From the human T2T-CHM13v2.0 reference genome, Homo sapiens: DNA of 64,000 bases. Made by a program: the position numbers and the translations under genes. Shown here piece by piece: positions 44,331-59,877 of the stretch (position 1 is the stretch's first letter; every line of letters starts with the position of its first letter). Location: the NCBI RefSeq assembly GCF_009914755.1, contig NC_060931.1; one strand, written 5' to 3'. The notes under the pieces were generated by a model. The model saw only the letters and a list, made by a program, of their open reading frames with translations, was not told the origin of the DNA and did no database searches.

Positions 44331-45145
44331 TATGTGTAGACTTTGAACAGTTTGCAGTTTGTTGAGGATCACAGGGAAAGGAGCTGGAGAGAAACATACA
44401 CTATACTTATTATGGCTGTCAAAGGACGTGTACGCAGTTTATATGGGTGGCTTGAATGGGTAGGGAGCCTAAAGTTAAGGAGTAGTGTTAATCAAGACAT
44501 ATTGAAAAGATGAACTAAAGCATGCTGTCAGAGGACAATAAGGGAAAGCTAATGTGGAATACTGGTGTCTAGGTAAGGGAATATTAAAGTTGGTTTCTTT
44601 TTTATTTGTTAGATGTAACTTTTTCATCTCTAATTTGTCTCACTATTCATTGAAACTAAGCTTAATTTCTGTGTGCAGCCTACAGTATTTCTGGGTGAGG
44701 ACCAAATAGTGAGGTCCACATCCACTTAATATATTTGCCAACCATTAAATTGCCGCTAAAGCTGCAGTTGGGAATCTGCCCTGTTTAATATTTCAGTAGA
44801 GTGGTATTTGCTTAGCCCAAAAACCATGTTGTCAATTACAAAAATGCTTTATGTGAGACTGGGGCCACACTAATAAGTATTGAGCATCTTTTAAATGCTG
44901 TGGCACCGTGAGAGATGCAGAACGAAATCACTACCCACAGAGCTTTTGCAGGTTAGTTGAATTTAGGTATTATGCAAAATTTCTGAAACCAGACTTCTCA
45001 TCATCCTTTTTTTTTTAAACAATTTCCTCTCTCTGCTTTGCCCTGTCTCCTCACCCACCCACACCATTCCAATCAGTTGGCAAGAGCCCAGATGTGTAAT
45101 TTTCCATATATCCTTTTTGTGAAGACATTGCTAATGCTGGGTTTT

Positions 45146-47778
<2,633 letters not shown>

Positions 47779-48046
47779 AACACTAGGTTTTTTAAAAACT
47801 GTGACTATCAGTGTTTTAAAAATTGCCCGGTAACTCTAGACTTCAAAAGTGGGATAAGTAATGATAAACCAATAATAAACTTAGGAGAAGCATAGTCTGC
47901 TTTAGTTATATTGTTATGCCATATTATGGTCAGTAACACAGTAAAGGCCTAATTCATCTGCTTTCTAAATTGGTTCTGTACTTTTCTAGAAAAGCCTACA
48001 TGTATATACTTAGTTACAGCTGCACTTCTCCATTACTTATTTTTAG

Positions 48047-48168
48047 GAAGGTTATAGAGATGGAATAGATGCTGGCAAAGCAGTTACTCTTCAACAGGGC
48101 TTCAATCAAGGTTATAAGAAAGGTGCAGAAGTCATTTTAAACTATGGACGACTCCGAGGAACATTGAG
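48047..48168 (+). CDS. YAE1: YAE1 coding exon 2 (GX3-repeat Yae1 motif)
   Basis: Acceptor TTTTTAG|GAA; EGYRDGIDAGKAVTLQQGFNQGYKKGAEVILNYGRLRGTL; donor GAG|GTAATT; 122 nt; absent from the supplied ORF track. Confidence 0.95.
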
Positions 48169-48680
48169 GTAATTTTTAAAGTCTAAATGCTGAATCATTT
48201 TAACCTCAATACTACTGGAGGATGTTTCTGTATAAATAAAGTGTTTAAACTGAAATGCTTTTCCTGGTGCTAAATACACTAAAGCGTGTCGCAGATCATA
48301 GAATTATATTGCCTTCAAAAAGTCAAAATCTTTATCAGCTCATCTACTTTAATGTGTGAACTACATATTGTCTTTTCGTGCAAAGAAATGGTAAGAAGAT
48401 GTATACTTCTGCTACCTGAACAATTATCTATCTCATTGAAAGGTCTTCAGATTTTGAATAAAACTTGTAGTACTTCCACACAGTATGACAGACCTCTAGA
48501 CTAGAAGTACATGATGAAAATAGTTGGTAATTAAGATAAAATTGATTTAATTTACTTTAGTCCTGAACATTGAATACTTGTCAGGATGCCATTGCAATAA
48601 TGGCATATATCGGAGCCAAATGGTCAAATGATACACAGAGCCAGGAGCCTAGCAGCCTTGTCCAGTTTGATGCTCTATAC

Positions 48681-48930
48681 CAAGCTTGTCCAACCAGTGG
48701 CCTGCATATCACATGTGGCCCAGGACGGCTTTGAATATGGCCCAACACAAATTCATAAACTTTCTTAAAACAATATGAGCATTATGAAATTTTTTTCATG
48801 ATATTTTTTCTTTTTTCTTTTTTTTTTTTTTTTAACTCATCAGCTATCATTAGTGTTAATGTATTTTATGTGTGGCCCAAGACAGTTCTTCCAATGTGGC
48901 CCAGGAAAGCCAAAAGATTGGACACCCCTG
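48681..48930 (-). mobile_element. MER30 in YAE1 intron 2, TSD CT(C/T)TATAC
   Basis: CAAGCTTGTCCAACC...AAAAGATTGGACACCCCTG; reverse homolog of 11647-11867. Confidence 0.9.
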
Positions 48931-49404
48931 CTTTATACCCTTTACACTGTCCTTGGTAGAGAAAAAAAAAATGCTTCAAAGAATCGCTAATTTTAAAGAA
49001 GAGTAGATGATAAAAGTTACCAAAACAAACCGAAAAATTTATTGTATTTGGGATTTTAGAAAATCCAACTATTAGGAACCAGAATTTAGTCTGCTACAGT
49101 AGGAAAACAATGTGAATATTCACATCATCAAGTTGATGTTACATAACCTTAGAAAGCTACTGCTGAATCTTTTATATCAATGGATTCTATTTTTAAATAC
49201 TTTTCATAATAATCATTATTTTATGACATGACTATAATATTAAATCTGTTAGGACTAGAAGAATTTTTACCTTTTTCAAGGAAATTGTTAGTAGTTCAGC
49301 AAACAGTTTCTACTCTGTGACATAAGCCCAGGAAAGTGAAGTCTCTTGAAAACTTCTTTTCTCTAACCTTCATTCTTGATGGCAAGCAACTATGTGCTTA
49401 GAAC

Positions 49405-49561
49405 GATGGTTTTCAACTTTGGTTGCACCTTAACTCTGAAACTTAAAAAAAAGATACCCCCTGAGATTCTGATTTAATTGGTGTGGAGTATAATCTGGGC
49501 CTTGATAGGGGTCAGAGCTCTTCAGGTGATTCTAATGTGCATCCATGATTGAGAATTGCTA
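49405..49561. mobile_element. MER5A-like hAT element
   Basis: GAGATTCTGATTTAATTGGTGTGG...CAGGTGATTCTAATGTGCA...TTGAGAA. Confidence 0.7.
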
Positions 49562-49817
49562 GTTAAGAAGCTGTTTAATGTCCTTAAAGAAGAAACTAAT
49601 TTTTCTTTCTCGGAGTTGTATTCATCTTCAACAGATATTACATAGTCATAAGAGAAAAATATAAAATCAGGAAAAGCGTATATAGAGTTATGAAAGAGGG
49701 GTTATGAATTATAAACAGTTTTATGATTAAGTCCAATCGTTTAATTGTTATTGAAAGATAGTCTTATATTTTTAAGTCCTATTTTGCTATTTAACCCTTG
49801 TTTATACTTTTGTTCAG

Positions 49818-50247
49818 TGCTTTGCTCTCCTGGTGTCACCTTCATAATAATAATTCAACTTTGATCAATAAAATAAACAATCTTCTGGATGCAGTTGGCC
49901 AGTGTGAAGAGTATGTGCTCAAACATCTGAAATCAATCACTCCACCGTCCCATGTTGTAGATTTATTGGACTCCATTGAGGATATGGACCTTTGTCATGT
50001 AGTTCCAGCTGAGAAAAAGATTGATGAAGCTAAAGATGAAAGACTCTGTGAAAATAATGCTGAGTTTAACAAAAACTGTAGCAAGAGCCATAGTGGGATA
50101 GATTGTTCATATGTAGAATGTTGTAGAACACAGGAGCATGCATATTCAGAAAACCCAAGCCCCACATGGATTTTGGAACAGACAGCCAGTTTAGTTAAAC
50201 AGCTGGGCCTATCAGTAGATGTATTACAACACCTCAAACAACTATAA
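49818..50247 (+). CDS. YAE1: YAE1 coding exon 3 (to stop TAA)
   Basis: Acceptor TTGTTCAG|T completes AGT (Ser84); ALLSWCHLHNNN...QHLKQL*; exons sum to 129+122+430=681 nt = 226 aa plus stop. Confidence 0.95.
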
Positions 50248-50400
50248 AATTACCTTCCCTTTTCTAATGAAAATAATGTTCAGAACATTTGGTTTCCTAA
50301 CAATCGAAATTTGTACTGGTTTCTGCATCAAACACCTCAACTGTAGGGTTACCCTTTATGGAAGTTTGAAATTAACACTATTGTCTTCAAAATTAACACT

Positions 50401-50406
50401 ATTAAA
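50401..50406 (+). terminator. Candidate YAE1 polyadenylation signal ATTAAA
   Basis: Variant hexamer ~150 nt after the stop, followed by T-rich sequence. Confidence 0.5.
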
Positions 50407-51856
50407 TGTAATATAAGCCTTTTTTCTTTGTCACTGGTAATTTTTATGTAGTTTTAAGATATGGTCAGAAATTTCTACTGTCATTGACATTTCCAAACTT
50501 GTGGTCAAAATGAAGTGTTTTCAGACTCATTAGCAAAAGTGAACAAGAATTAAACATATTTTGTAAGGACCTACCCCTACTTCTACCTCCTGTCACTATT
50601 AGGTGGTCAGGACCTCACCAAACCAAAGTTATAAAAATAACTTAATAGTTAACGTAAATATAGACACACAGACAGATATATAGATATAGATATGTAGATA
50701 TATATTGAAATTAAGAGACTGTGAGAAACTGAAGCAGTGTTTATGCTGTTGATTAAATGGTTAACAGCAAAATACTAAAATGTGTTTTAGTTTTGTGTTA
50801 ATTAAAAGTAAGGACATTCAGTTTTATGAAAAACATAGAAAATATATTTTATGCTAAAGTCTAAGGAAAATGCCTACTTAGTTTTTCTAAGTAGTAAGGA
50901 GTTAGTAATATTGCCTAACAGTGTGCCAGATTATTTTAAACTGCAGTATATTTCATATTCACATAGGAGTAAAACACTGAAACCACTGACTTCTATATTA
51001 CCTTGAGGTAATATTCTTAGTCTAGCATGGACAAAATTAGATTCAAATTTTTACTCCAGGATCTAAACTCAGAATCAGGAGAGGATTTCTCAGCACTTTT
51101 ATTCACCTGAAACACAAGTTTATATGAGATACCTGACTTCAAAGGCACTGAAATAATTGTCCCTCATTGGTAGCCTTAATTGCTCTTTCACCCCTATTTA
51201 TACCTACCATCTAAGCTGAAAGACAGGCATATTGAGATGAAGAATCTGACAAAGTATATCTTTTCAAGAGATTAAAAATGTACACTGTACTATGACCCTC
51301 CTCAAAGTTCACAGAAGAACATTAAGAAATTGAAGCAACAGATTTAAAATCAGAAAGCCATATTGAGTTTCAGGATTTATTAAAACCCCCGCTGAAGATA
51401 CCAGTGCCATTTGACAGCTGGCTAAAAAAAGCTCTTCGATCTCTCCAGGTGTGAAGACTGTTTTTCAGAGATTTACTAGTTTGTCTTGTTAATATATGTT
51501 TCCATGTTTATGGACACAGCCCAAATCTCAACTCCACATGGAATATGGGTATTATAAGCAGCCTCTAAAGTCTTTTTAATGTTGCTGTGCCGTGCATATA
51601 CATATGAAATACCTCTAAGGATGCATCTCAAGGCCACCCTAAGTAAAAATGTCATGGGTGTGGTAAATCTTGAGATTTTTATCTAGGCTTTTCCTGATAA
51701 GATTCCCTGAAGATAACACCCATTGCCACCATTGGCTACATATGGTGTGTTTGTACAGATTTTTGTCGAAAATGAAATCAGGAGAATTAGCTAGTTGAGA
51801 CTATTGGATTGAAAACATCTCTCGAACTTGTTTTGCCTTTTAAAAAGTACAGAAGG

Positions 51857-52452
<596 letters not shown>

Positions 52453-53076
52453 ATGAAATACAGAAGTTCCTGGACTGCAGAGGAATGTTAATGGCATGCT
52501 GATTCTACCTGTGTTCCATGAACATGAGCCTCTGTACTAGAACCAAGAATGAAGGGAAAGAGCTTACTGGCCTTGGGTCTCTTGCCTTGCCTCACATGTT
52601 GTAGGTCTGCCAGGTCTTCCCATGAGAATACCCTGCATGAGCATAAATGAAAAATGGTAAAGCAAGATTGCCCCAGAGCTGGCACAGCCAGAGTTTCAAG
52701 GCCCAGAACCCAGACATTAGACTGAGTGGTGTGGCTTCCTTAGAAACAAATTTCATCTAAAATAAGTTACTTCTGGGTGCTAATATATCTGAGGTTTTTA
52801 AAAAGGGTGATAAGGAAGCCCACAGAACCACACTTTTCTGACATTTTAGTTACTAGAACTGCTGAGGCCACCAAAAATGTTGTGATATGTAAAGGGAGTG
52901 GGCAGCTGAATGCATATACCTGCGTCCTTACCTAATATATATCCTTTACACTACTTATTAACTGCTTTGTGGGAAACCAAAATAAAAGCCTTCAGCCCAG
53001 TCTAAGTTGTGATTCTACCCTCTTCCAACTAAGGTTAGAGCTTAGTTCTTAGAACTAAGTTTCCAGTCTAAGATAC

Positions 53077-53078
<2 letters not shown>

Positions 53079-53126
<48 letters not shown>

Positions 53127-53140
53127 GTGTGTGTGTGTGT
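53079..53140. repeat. (GA)n(GT)n compound microsatellite
   Basis: Direct reading. Confidence 0.95.
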
Positions 53141-54445
53141 ATAGAGAGTGATTCACCAATCAGGCTTCTTGTTCTACAGAAATTCTCAAATCTCTGTCAT
53201 GAAGATACTTTACCGCAACAGTTGCCTTTCTTGATTTTGCCCCTACGTAATGCCTTTTCTGAACAAACATGCTGGAGCACGAGTCTGCCATCACTGTCTC
53301 AAATTCTTAATTTCTCATGCACTCTCCACCTTTAAACTACTTTTTGCTAAAGTCACTGATAGCCAGTCACACAACTGTCCATCACTGACTTGTTTTCAGT
53401 CCTATCATTTGTCTCCTCTCCATCATTGGACATGAACAATTCACTGCTTATACAATCCCTTCTCCTTGCCTTCTCCAACAGCACTTTTTCTTGTCCGCTC
53501 ATTACTATTCCCTATCATTTTGCTAACTCTCCCCGACTCTGACTGCTGCTTAGATGTAGGGATTCCCCAGAGTTTCACTGTTGGACCTCTTTGTTTTTAT
53601 ATTCTGACCAGATGATCTCACCTATTAATGTCATCCCTGTTCATCCATAGCTGGAAACATTAAGTCTTCCTCTGCCCTTCCTGTGCCATCATACCCTACT
53701 TCTAACTGAGTTGCTTTACATCTTTCAAACAGTTTGAGTCTGGCCTCCTTTCATTCTAATCACCCAGATTTTAATTAATTTATGTACCAGCCTCATCACT
53801 AATGTCAGTACCTACAATCTAGCTGTCTTCCTGTCCATTCTGTCTCTTACCAATATTATCTTTCCAAAACAGTTTACTTCCCTGACTTAAAACCTAGATT
53901 TATTCCCTTTTGTTTCTGTTTTTGTTTTTCAGGTCTTGGCCCAAACCTGTTGAAGTGTTGGGCCCAAAAGAGTGTTGTCAGTCTTCTTTTCCCACCTGCC
54001 TCTTTCCATTCACCATGCACACTACACTTCTTTACAGGCATTACTACAATGCTTTATGGACACACTAGGCTTATTCCCAACTTAGATTTTTACTCATTGC
54101 TGACTCTTCTGCCTAGAATACTTTATTCCACGTCCTTTCCCAGCAAATTCCTGTCACCCTCCAATACCAGCTTAAATTTCAGCTTCATCAGGCAGAGGTG
54201 ATTGCTCTTCCCAATGTTTCCCCTGCATCACTTTGAGTGTCTCTTCACGTTTCTCCAGGAAAATCCCTTATTTAGTGTTATAGTCCCAGCATTCAGCATC
54301 ACACCCTGTACATAGATGCATAGGTGGTGCTTGATGAGAGAAAAAAAAAATGAATCTACTAGCCAACATGGAAATATAACCAGAACAGGAGAACAGGATT
54401 CCAAAATACATCGTGTTACATTCTTTTGTAAATCTTTATGTTAGC

Positions 54446-54783
<338 letters not shown>

Positions 54784-54815
54784 TAATAAAAATCCACATA
54801 TCCAAACTGTGTCAT

Positions 54816-56358
54816 TGAGAGGTGACGAAGTGCTGGCAGCCCTCTTTCACTCTAGGTGCCTCCTTGGCCTCAGCACCCACTCTGGCTGCGCTTGAGGAGC
54901 CCTTCAGCCCGCTGCTGCGCTGTGGGAGCCCCTCTCTGGGCTGGCCGAGGCCGGAACCGGCTCCCTCCCCTCCCAGGGAGGTGTGGAGTGAGAGTGGCGA
55001 GCCAGCGTGAGCTTCTGGTGGGAGGTGGGCTTGGCAGGCCCTGCACTTGGAGTGGCCGGCCAGCAGGGAGGGAGGGGTTTAGCACCCGGGCCAGCAGCTG
55101 CAGAGGGTGCACCAGGTCCCCCAGCAGTGCCAGCCTGCCGGCACTGCGCTCAAATTCTCGCCAGGCCTCAGCTGCCTCCCCGGTGGGCACGGCTCAGAAC
55201 CTGCAGCCTGTCATGCCCTAGCCTCACCCCCACTGTGGGCTCCTGCGCAGCCCAAGCCTCCCCAACGAGCACCACCCCCTGCTCTGCTGCGCCCGGTCCC
55301 ATGGACTGCCCAAGGGCTGAGGAGTGCGGGTGCACGGTGCGGGACTGGGAGGCAGCTCCGCCTGCGGCCCAGTGCAGGATCCACGAGGTGAAGCCAGCTG
55401 GGCTCGTGAGTCTAGTTGGGACTTGGAGAACCTTTATGTCTAGCTAAGGGATTGTGAATACACCAGTCAGCACTCTGTGTCTAGCTCGAGGTTTGTAAAC
55501 ACACCAATCAGTGCTCTGTGTCTAGCTAATCTGGTGGGGACTTGGAGAACCTTTATGTCTAGCTAAGGGATTGTGAATACACCAGTCAGCACTTGGTGTC
55601 TAGCTCGAGGTTTGTGAATACACCAATCAGTGCTCTGTGTCTAGCTAATCTGGTGGGGACTTGGAGAACTTCTATGTCTAGCTGGAGGATTGTAAATGCA
55701 CCAATCAGCACTCTGTGTCTAGTTCAAGCAGCGCTCTGTGTCTAGCTAATCTGGTAGGGAGTTGGAGAACCTTTATGTCTAGCTAAGGGATTGTAAATAC
55801 ACCAATCAGCACTCTGTCAAAACGGACCAATAAGCTCTCTGTAAAACAGACCGATCAGCTCTCTGTAAAATGGACCAATCAGCAAGATGTGGGTGGGGCC
55901 AGATAAGGGAATAAAAGCAGGCTGCCCAAGGGTCTAGTTGCAGGCTGCCCAAGGGTCTAGTTCCATGTTGTGGAAGCTTTGTTCTTTTGCTGTTTGCAAT
56001 AAATCTTTCTGCTGTTCACTGTTTGGGTTTGTGTTGTCTTTGTGAGCTGTAACACTCACTGCAACGGGCTGCAGCTTCGCTCCTGAGGCCAGCGAGACCA
56101 CGAACCCATTGGAAGAATGAACAACTCCAGACGCGCTGCCTTATGAGCTGCAACACTCACCGCGAAGGTCTGTAGCTTCACTCCTGAAGCCAGTGAGACC
56201 ATGAACCCGCCAGAAGAAAGAAACTCCGAACACGTCTGAATATCAGAAGGAACAACCTCCGGACACACCACCTTTAAGAACTGTAACACTCACCGCGAGG
56301 GTCTGCAGCTTCATTCTTGAAGTCAGTGAGACCAAGAATCCACCAATTCCGGAGACTA
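54816..56358 (+). mobile_element. LTR12C-like (ERV9) solo LTR
   Basis: Starts TGAGAGGTGAC; GC-rich U3; tandem repeats with ACACCAATCAG (CCAAT boxes); GGGTGGGGCCAGATAAGGGAATAAAAGCAGGC core promoter; U5 repeats CTTCACTCCTGAAGCCAG; ends CCACCAATTCCGG. Confidence 0.93.
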
Positions 56359-56974
56359 CATCGTCATACACCAGGCTAAACAGTTACGTTAATATAATAG
56401 CATTTACCAGTCATTACAAATTTTACAATGAATAAGTTAATATTACAATATAGCAAAACTTTAAAAAATACAAAATTATGTTTTAGTATAGTTTCCGCTA
56501 CTAAGAAAGTGCAGAAAGAAACTACACAAAGGCAAAAACTAGGTGAAAACAAACCAAGATGTTAGTTTCTAGCAGGATCCCTGGTGCATAGTTCTAATAA
56601 CAGTAAGGAGCTGGAGGAAAAAGAGAGGGGAAGTAATGGTTAACGCAGGCAGTGTTTACTATATGTAGGCACTATATTCTAAAAGCTTTACATATATTAA
56701 TTTCTTTAATCCTCATAATAGCCCTCTCCTGCAGAGCTGCTTTTATGCCCATCTTAGAGATTAGGAAATCGAGGCACCAAGAAGGCTAAGTAATGTGTCC
56801 AGTTTGTAGCTACTAAATGGCCCACTTGAGATTTAAACCAAGGCAAGCCTGGTTCCAGAGTGTGTACTCAGGGTGGATGCTTACTAAATAATAACATGGT
56901 AGCAGTGACTGTGTTTAGTAGGGGGACTGTGAGCTATGTGTTTACTTTGCTGTTAATTTCTATTTTTCTATGAG

Positions 56975-57227
56975 AGGCCGAGGTGGACAGGTCACTTGAG
57001 GTCAGGAGTTCGAGACCAGCCTGGCCAACATGGCAAAAACCCATCTCTACTAAAAATACAAAAATTAGTCTTGTGTGATGGCAGGCACCTGTAATCCCAG
57101 CTACTCAGGAGGCTGAGGCAGGAGAATCGCTTGAACCCAGGAGGTGGGGGTGCAGTGAGCTGAGATCACGCCACTGCACTCCAGCCTGGACAACAGAGTG
57201 AGACTCTGTCTCAAAAAAAAAAAAAAA
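56975..57227 (+). mobile_element. AluS (5'-truncated)
   Basis: Alu body with A tail. Confidence 0.9.
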
Positions 57228-57300
57228 TCCTGCTTTTCTGCATTTTTCAAGTCTTCCCCAGTCAGCAAGTATTATTTTTATTTTAAAAATGTATGTAATA

Positions 57301-57605
<305 letters not shown>

Positions 57606-58133
57606 GCATAATAACCAACAGTTATAAGGAACAAAAAATTTACCAGATTTGTTTGCTATACATGTAGAAAAAGAGATGGTCCCTGCCTACTCGAGGGGAG
57701 AATATTATGTAGAAAGTGGTTTAGCACATATACTAAAGGAGAAACTAAATTCTCCTCGGACTTCTTAGACTTTCTATCCTCCAAACGGGAAGATAGTTTA
57801 TGTCACTCATTTTGTGATGATGTGTCTAGCTTTTACATATTCCTATTCAACTGAAAGGAAGGGTGTTAGCTCACCACTCACATATGTGCATACTGCTGCA
57901 GATCTGCCAAAAAGAGCCAAGAGTCCTCAGTGTGTAACACTCCGTTTTCTTGCCCTATAAATAGTCTGCTCTTTCCAAAAAGAAGATCAAAGTACTAATC
58001 AGAACTACCTACAGATTGAGTTCTGCGGAAGTTGAATCCTGGTGCTTTCATGCATGTGTATGCAACTCACCACTGAGAGAGGCCTTGGACCTTTGGATCC
58101 TCTTTCTTTCGAAGAAGCTGTTGAGTTAGTTCA

Positions 58134-58152
58134 AGGCCACTAGGTGGTGCTC
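58134..58152 (+). promoter_or_regulatory. CTCF core motif
   Basis: AGGCCACTAGGTGGTGCTC matches the CCACYAGRKGGCRC core at all but one position, in apparently non-repeat sequence. Confidence 0.7.
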
Positions 58153-59134
58153 GTGCACCCTGATAAGTTAGCACGTGTTTCATTCCTTGGTAATGTGCCC
58201 TTTGCTTAGACCTCATGGTCACAAGTACAAGAAGCTAGTGATTATCCCTAAAGCTATACCAGACAGATTGAGCCATTTGTGAAGTTGGGTGGATGAGGAG
58301 GGCTTTTGGGGTATGTCGACAAATAAGAAATTAGGATCCTCCTGTTCTTGTTTAAATTCTAGGCTGAGAATTTTTCTAAATCAAAATAACTGATCATAAG
58401 AAAACCTGTTCAAAAGAAAAAAGCACCTTTTTTCCAAAGCTCTGAGGCCTAAAAGTAAACACCTAGAACCCAAAGCATGCAGCCTTCAATCAGAAGCAAT
58501 GTAAAATTCTAACCTCACCTGCAGGAAGCATCTCTACTTGCCAAGCAGGACTGCACCTAAACTGTTTCAAACAACACTTGCAGTTCATCTCTTGATCTCA
58601 CTCTCTCTTTTTCTCTCACACACACAAACACAACTTTTCAGGATGTAAACATAGGGAGAGACAACAACTTTGTTAACCTACTCAAATATATCACAACTCT
58701 TCTCTTTTTAGTCAACAAATCGACAACCAACTAGGTTTTCCTCTCATCAAATACAACTCTAGAATAGTTAAGCCTGTTTCCTTATTAATGACATAGTCAT
58801 CGTTATCTATGTAACATGGCTTTGTTATTTATAAAAGAAATATATGGTTCTAGATAGATTTTTAAACACAAAACAAATGAGTTGTCAAATTGCTTGTAAT
58901 AATGAAATATGAGAGATTTGACAATAGTATAATGATAGCTTTTGCCAATAAAGCAAAATGACTGAAATTGGGGTATAATGTAAATAACCTGAAAATAAAA
59001 TATCTTCTTTTTCTTATTTGGAGGCATTGCAAAACACCTTTCTTCCAAAATCAGATTCTGAAATAACCAAAAACTCTCTAACCTGTAATTAAAAATTACA
59101 CCATGGAACAGCAAATTATTATTAACAACTAACC

Positions 59135-59445
59135 ACCCTGGCACGGTGGCTCATGCCTATAATCCCAGCACTTTGGGAAGCTGAGACAGGTGGATCACTT
59201 GAACCCAAGAGTTCAAGACCAGCCTGGGAAACATAGGGAGACCGCATCTCTACAAAAAATACAAAATCAACCGGGCATGGTAGTGCACACCTATGGTCCC
59301 AACTACTTGGGAAGGCTGAGGCAGAAGGATGGCTTAAGCCCAGGAGTTCAAGGCTGCAGTGAGCCGTGATCCTGCCACTGCACTTCAGCCTGGGTAACAG
59401 AGTGAGACCCAGTCTCAAAAAAAAAATAAAAAACAAGAAAATAAC
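59135..59445 (+). mobile_element. AluJ
   Basis: Dimeric Alu. Confidence 0.9.
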
Positions 59446-59478
59446 CATAAAAATAGCTTTTTAAAAAGTAAAAGTTAA

Positions 59479-59877
<399 letters not shown>

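Noticed and set aside
50369-50403. 14-bp direct repeat AAATTAACACTATT in the YAE1 3' UTR
   Set aside because: Small local duplication with no identifiable function.
54822-55447. Several GC-rich ORFs of 62-146 aa
   Set aside because: They lie within the LTR12C U3 region; non-coding LTR sequence.
55410-55880. Regularly spaced direct repeats superficially like a CRISPR array
   Set aside because: They are the known ERV9/LTR12 tandem enhancer subrepeats; no unique spacers, no cas genes, eukaryotic DNA.
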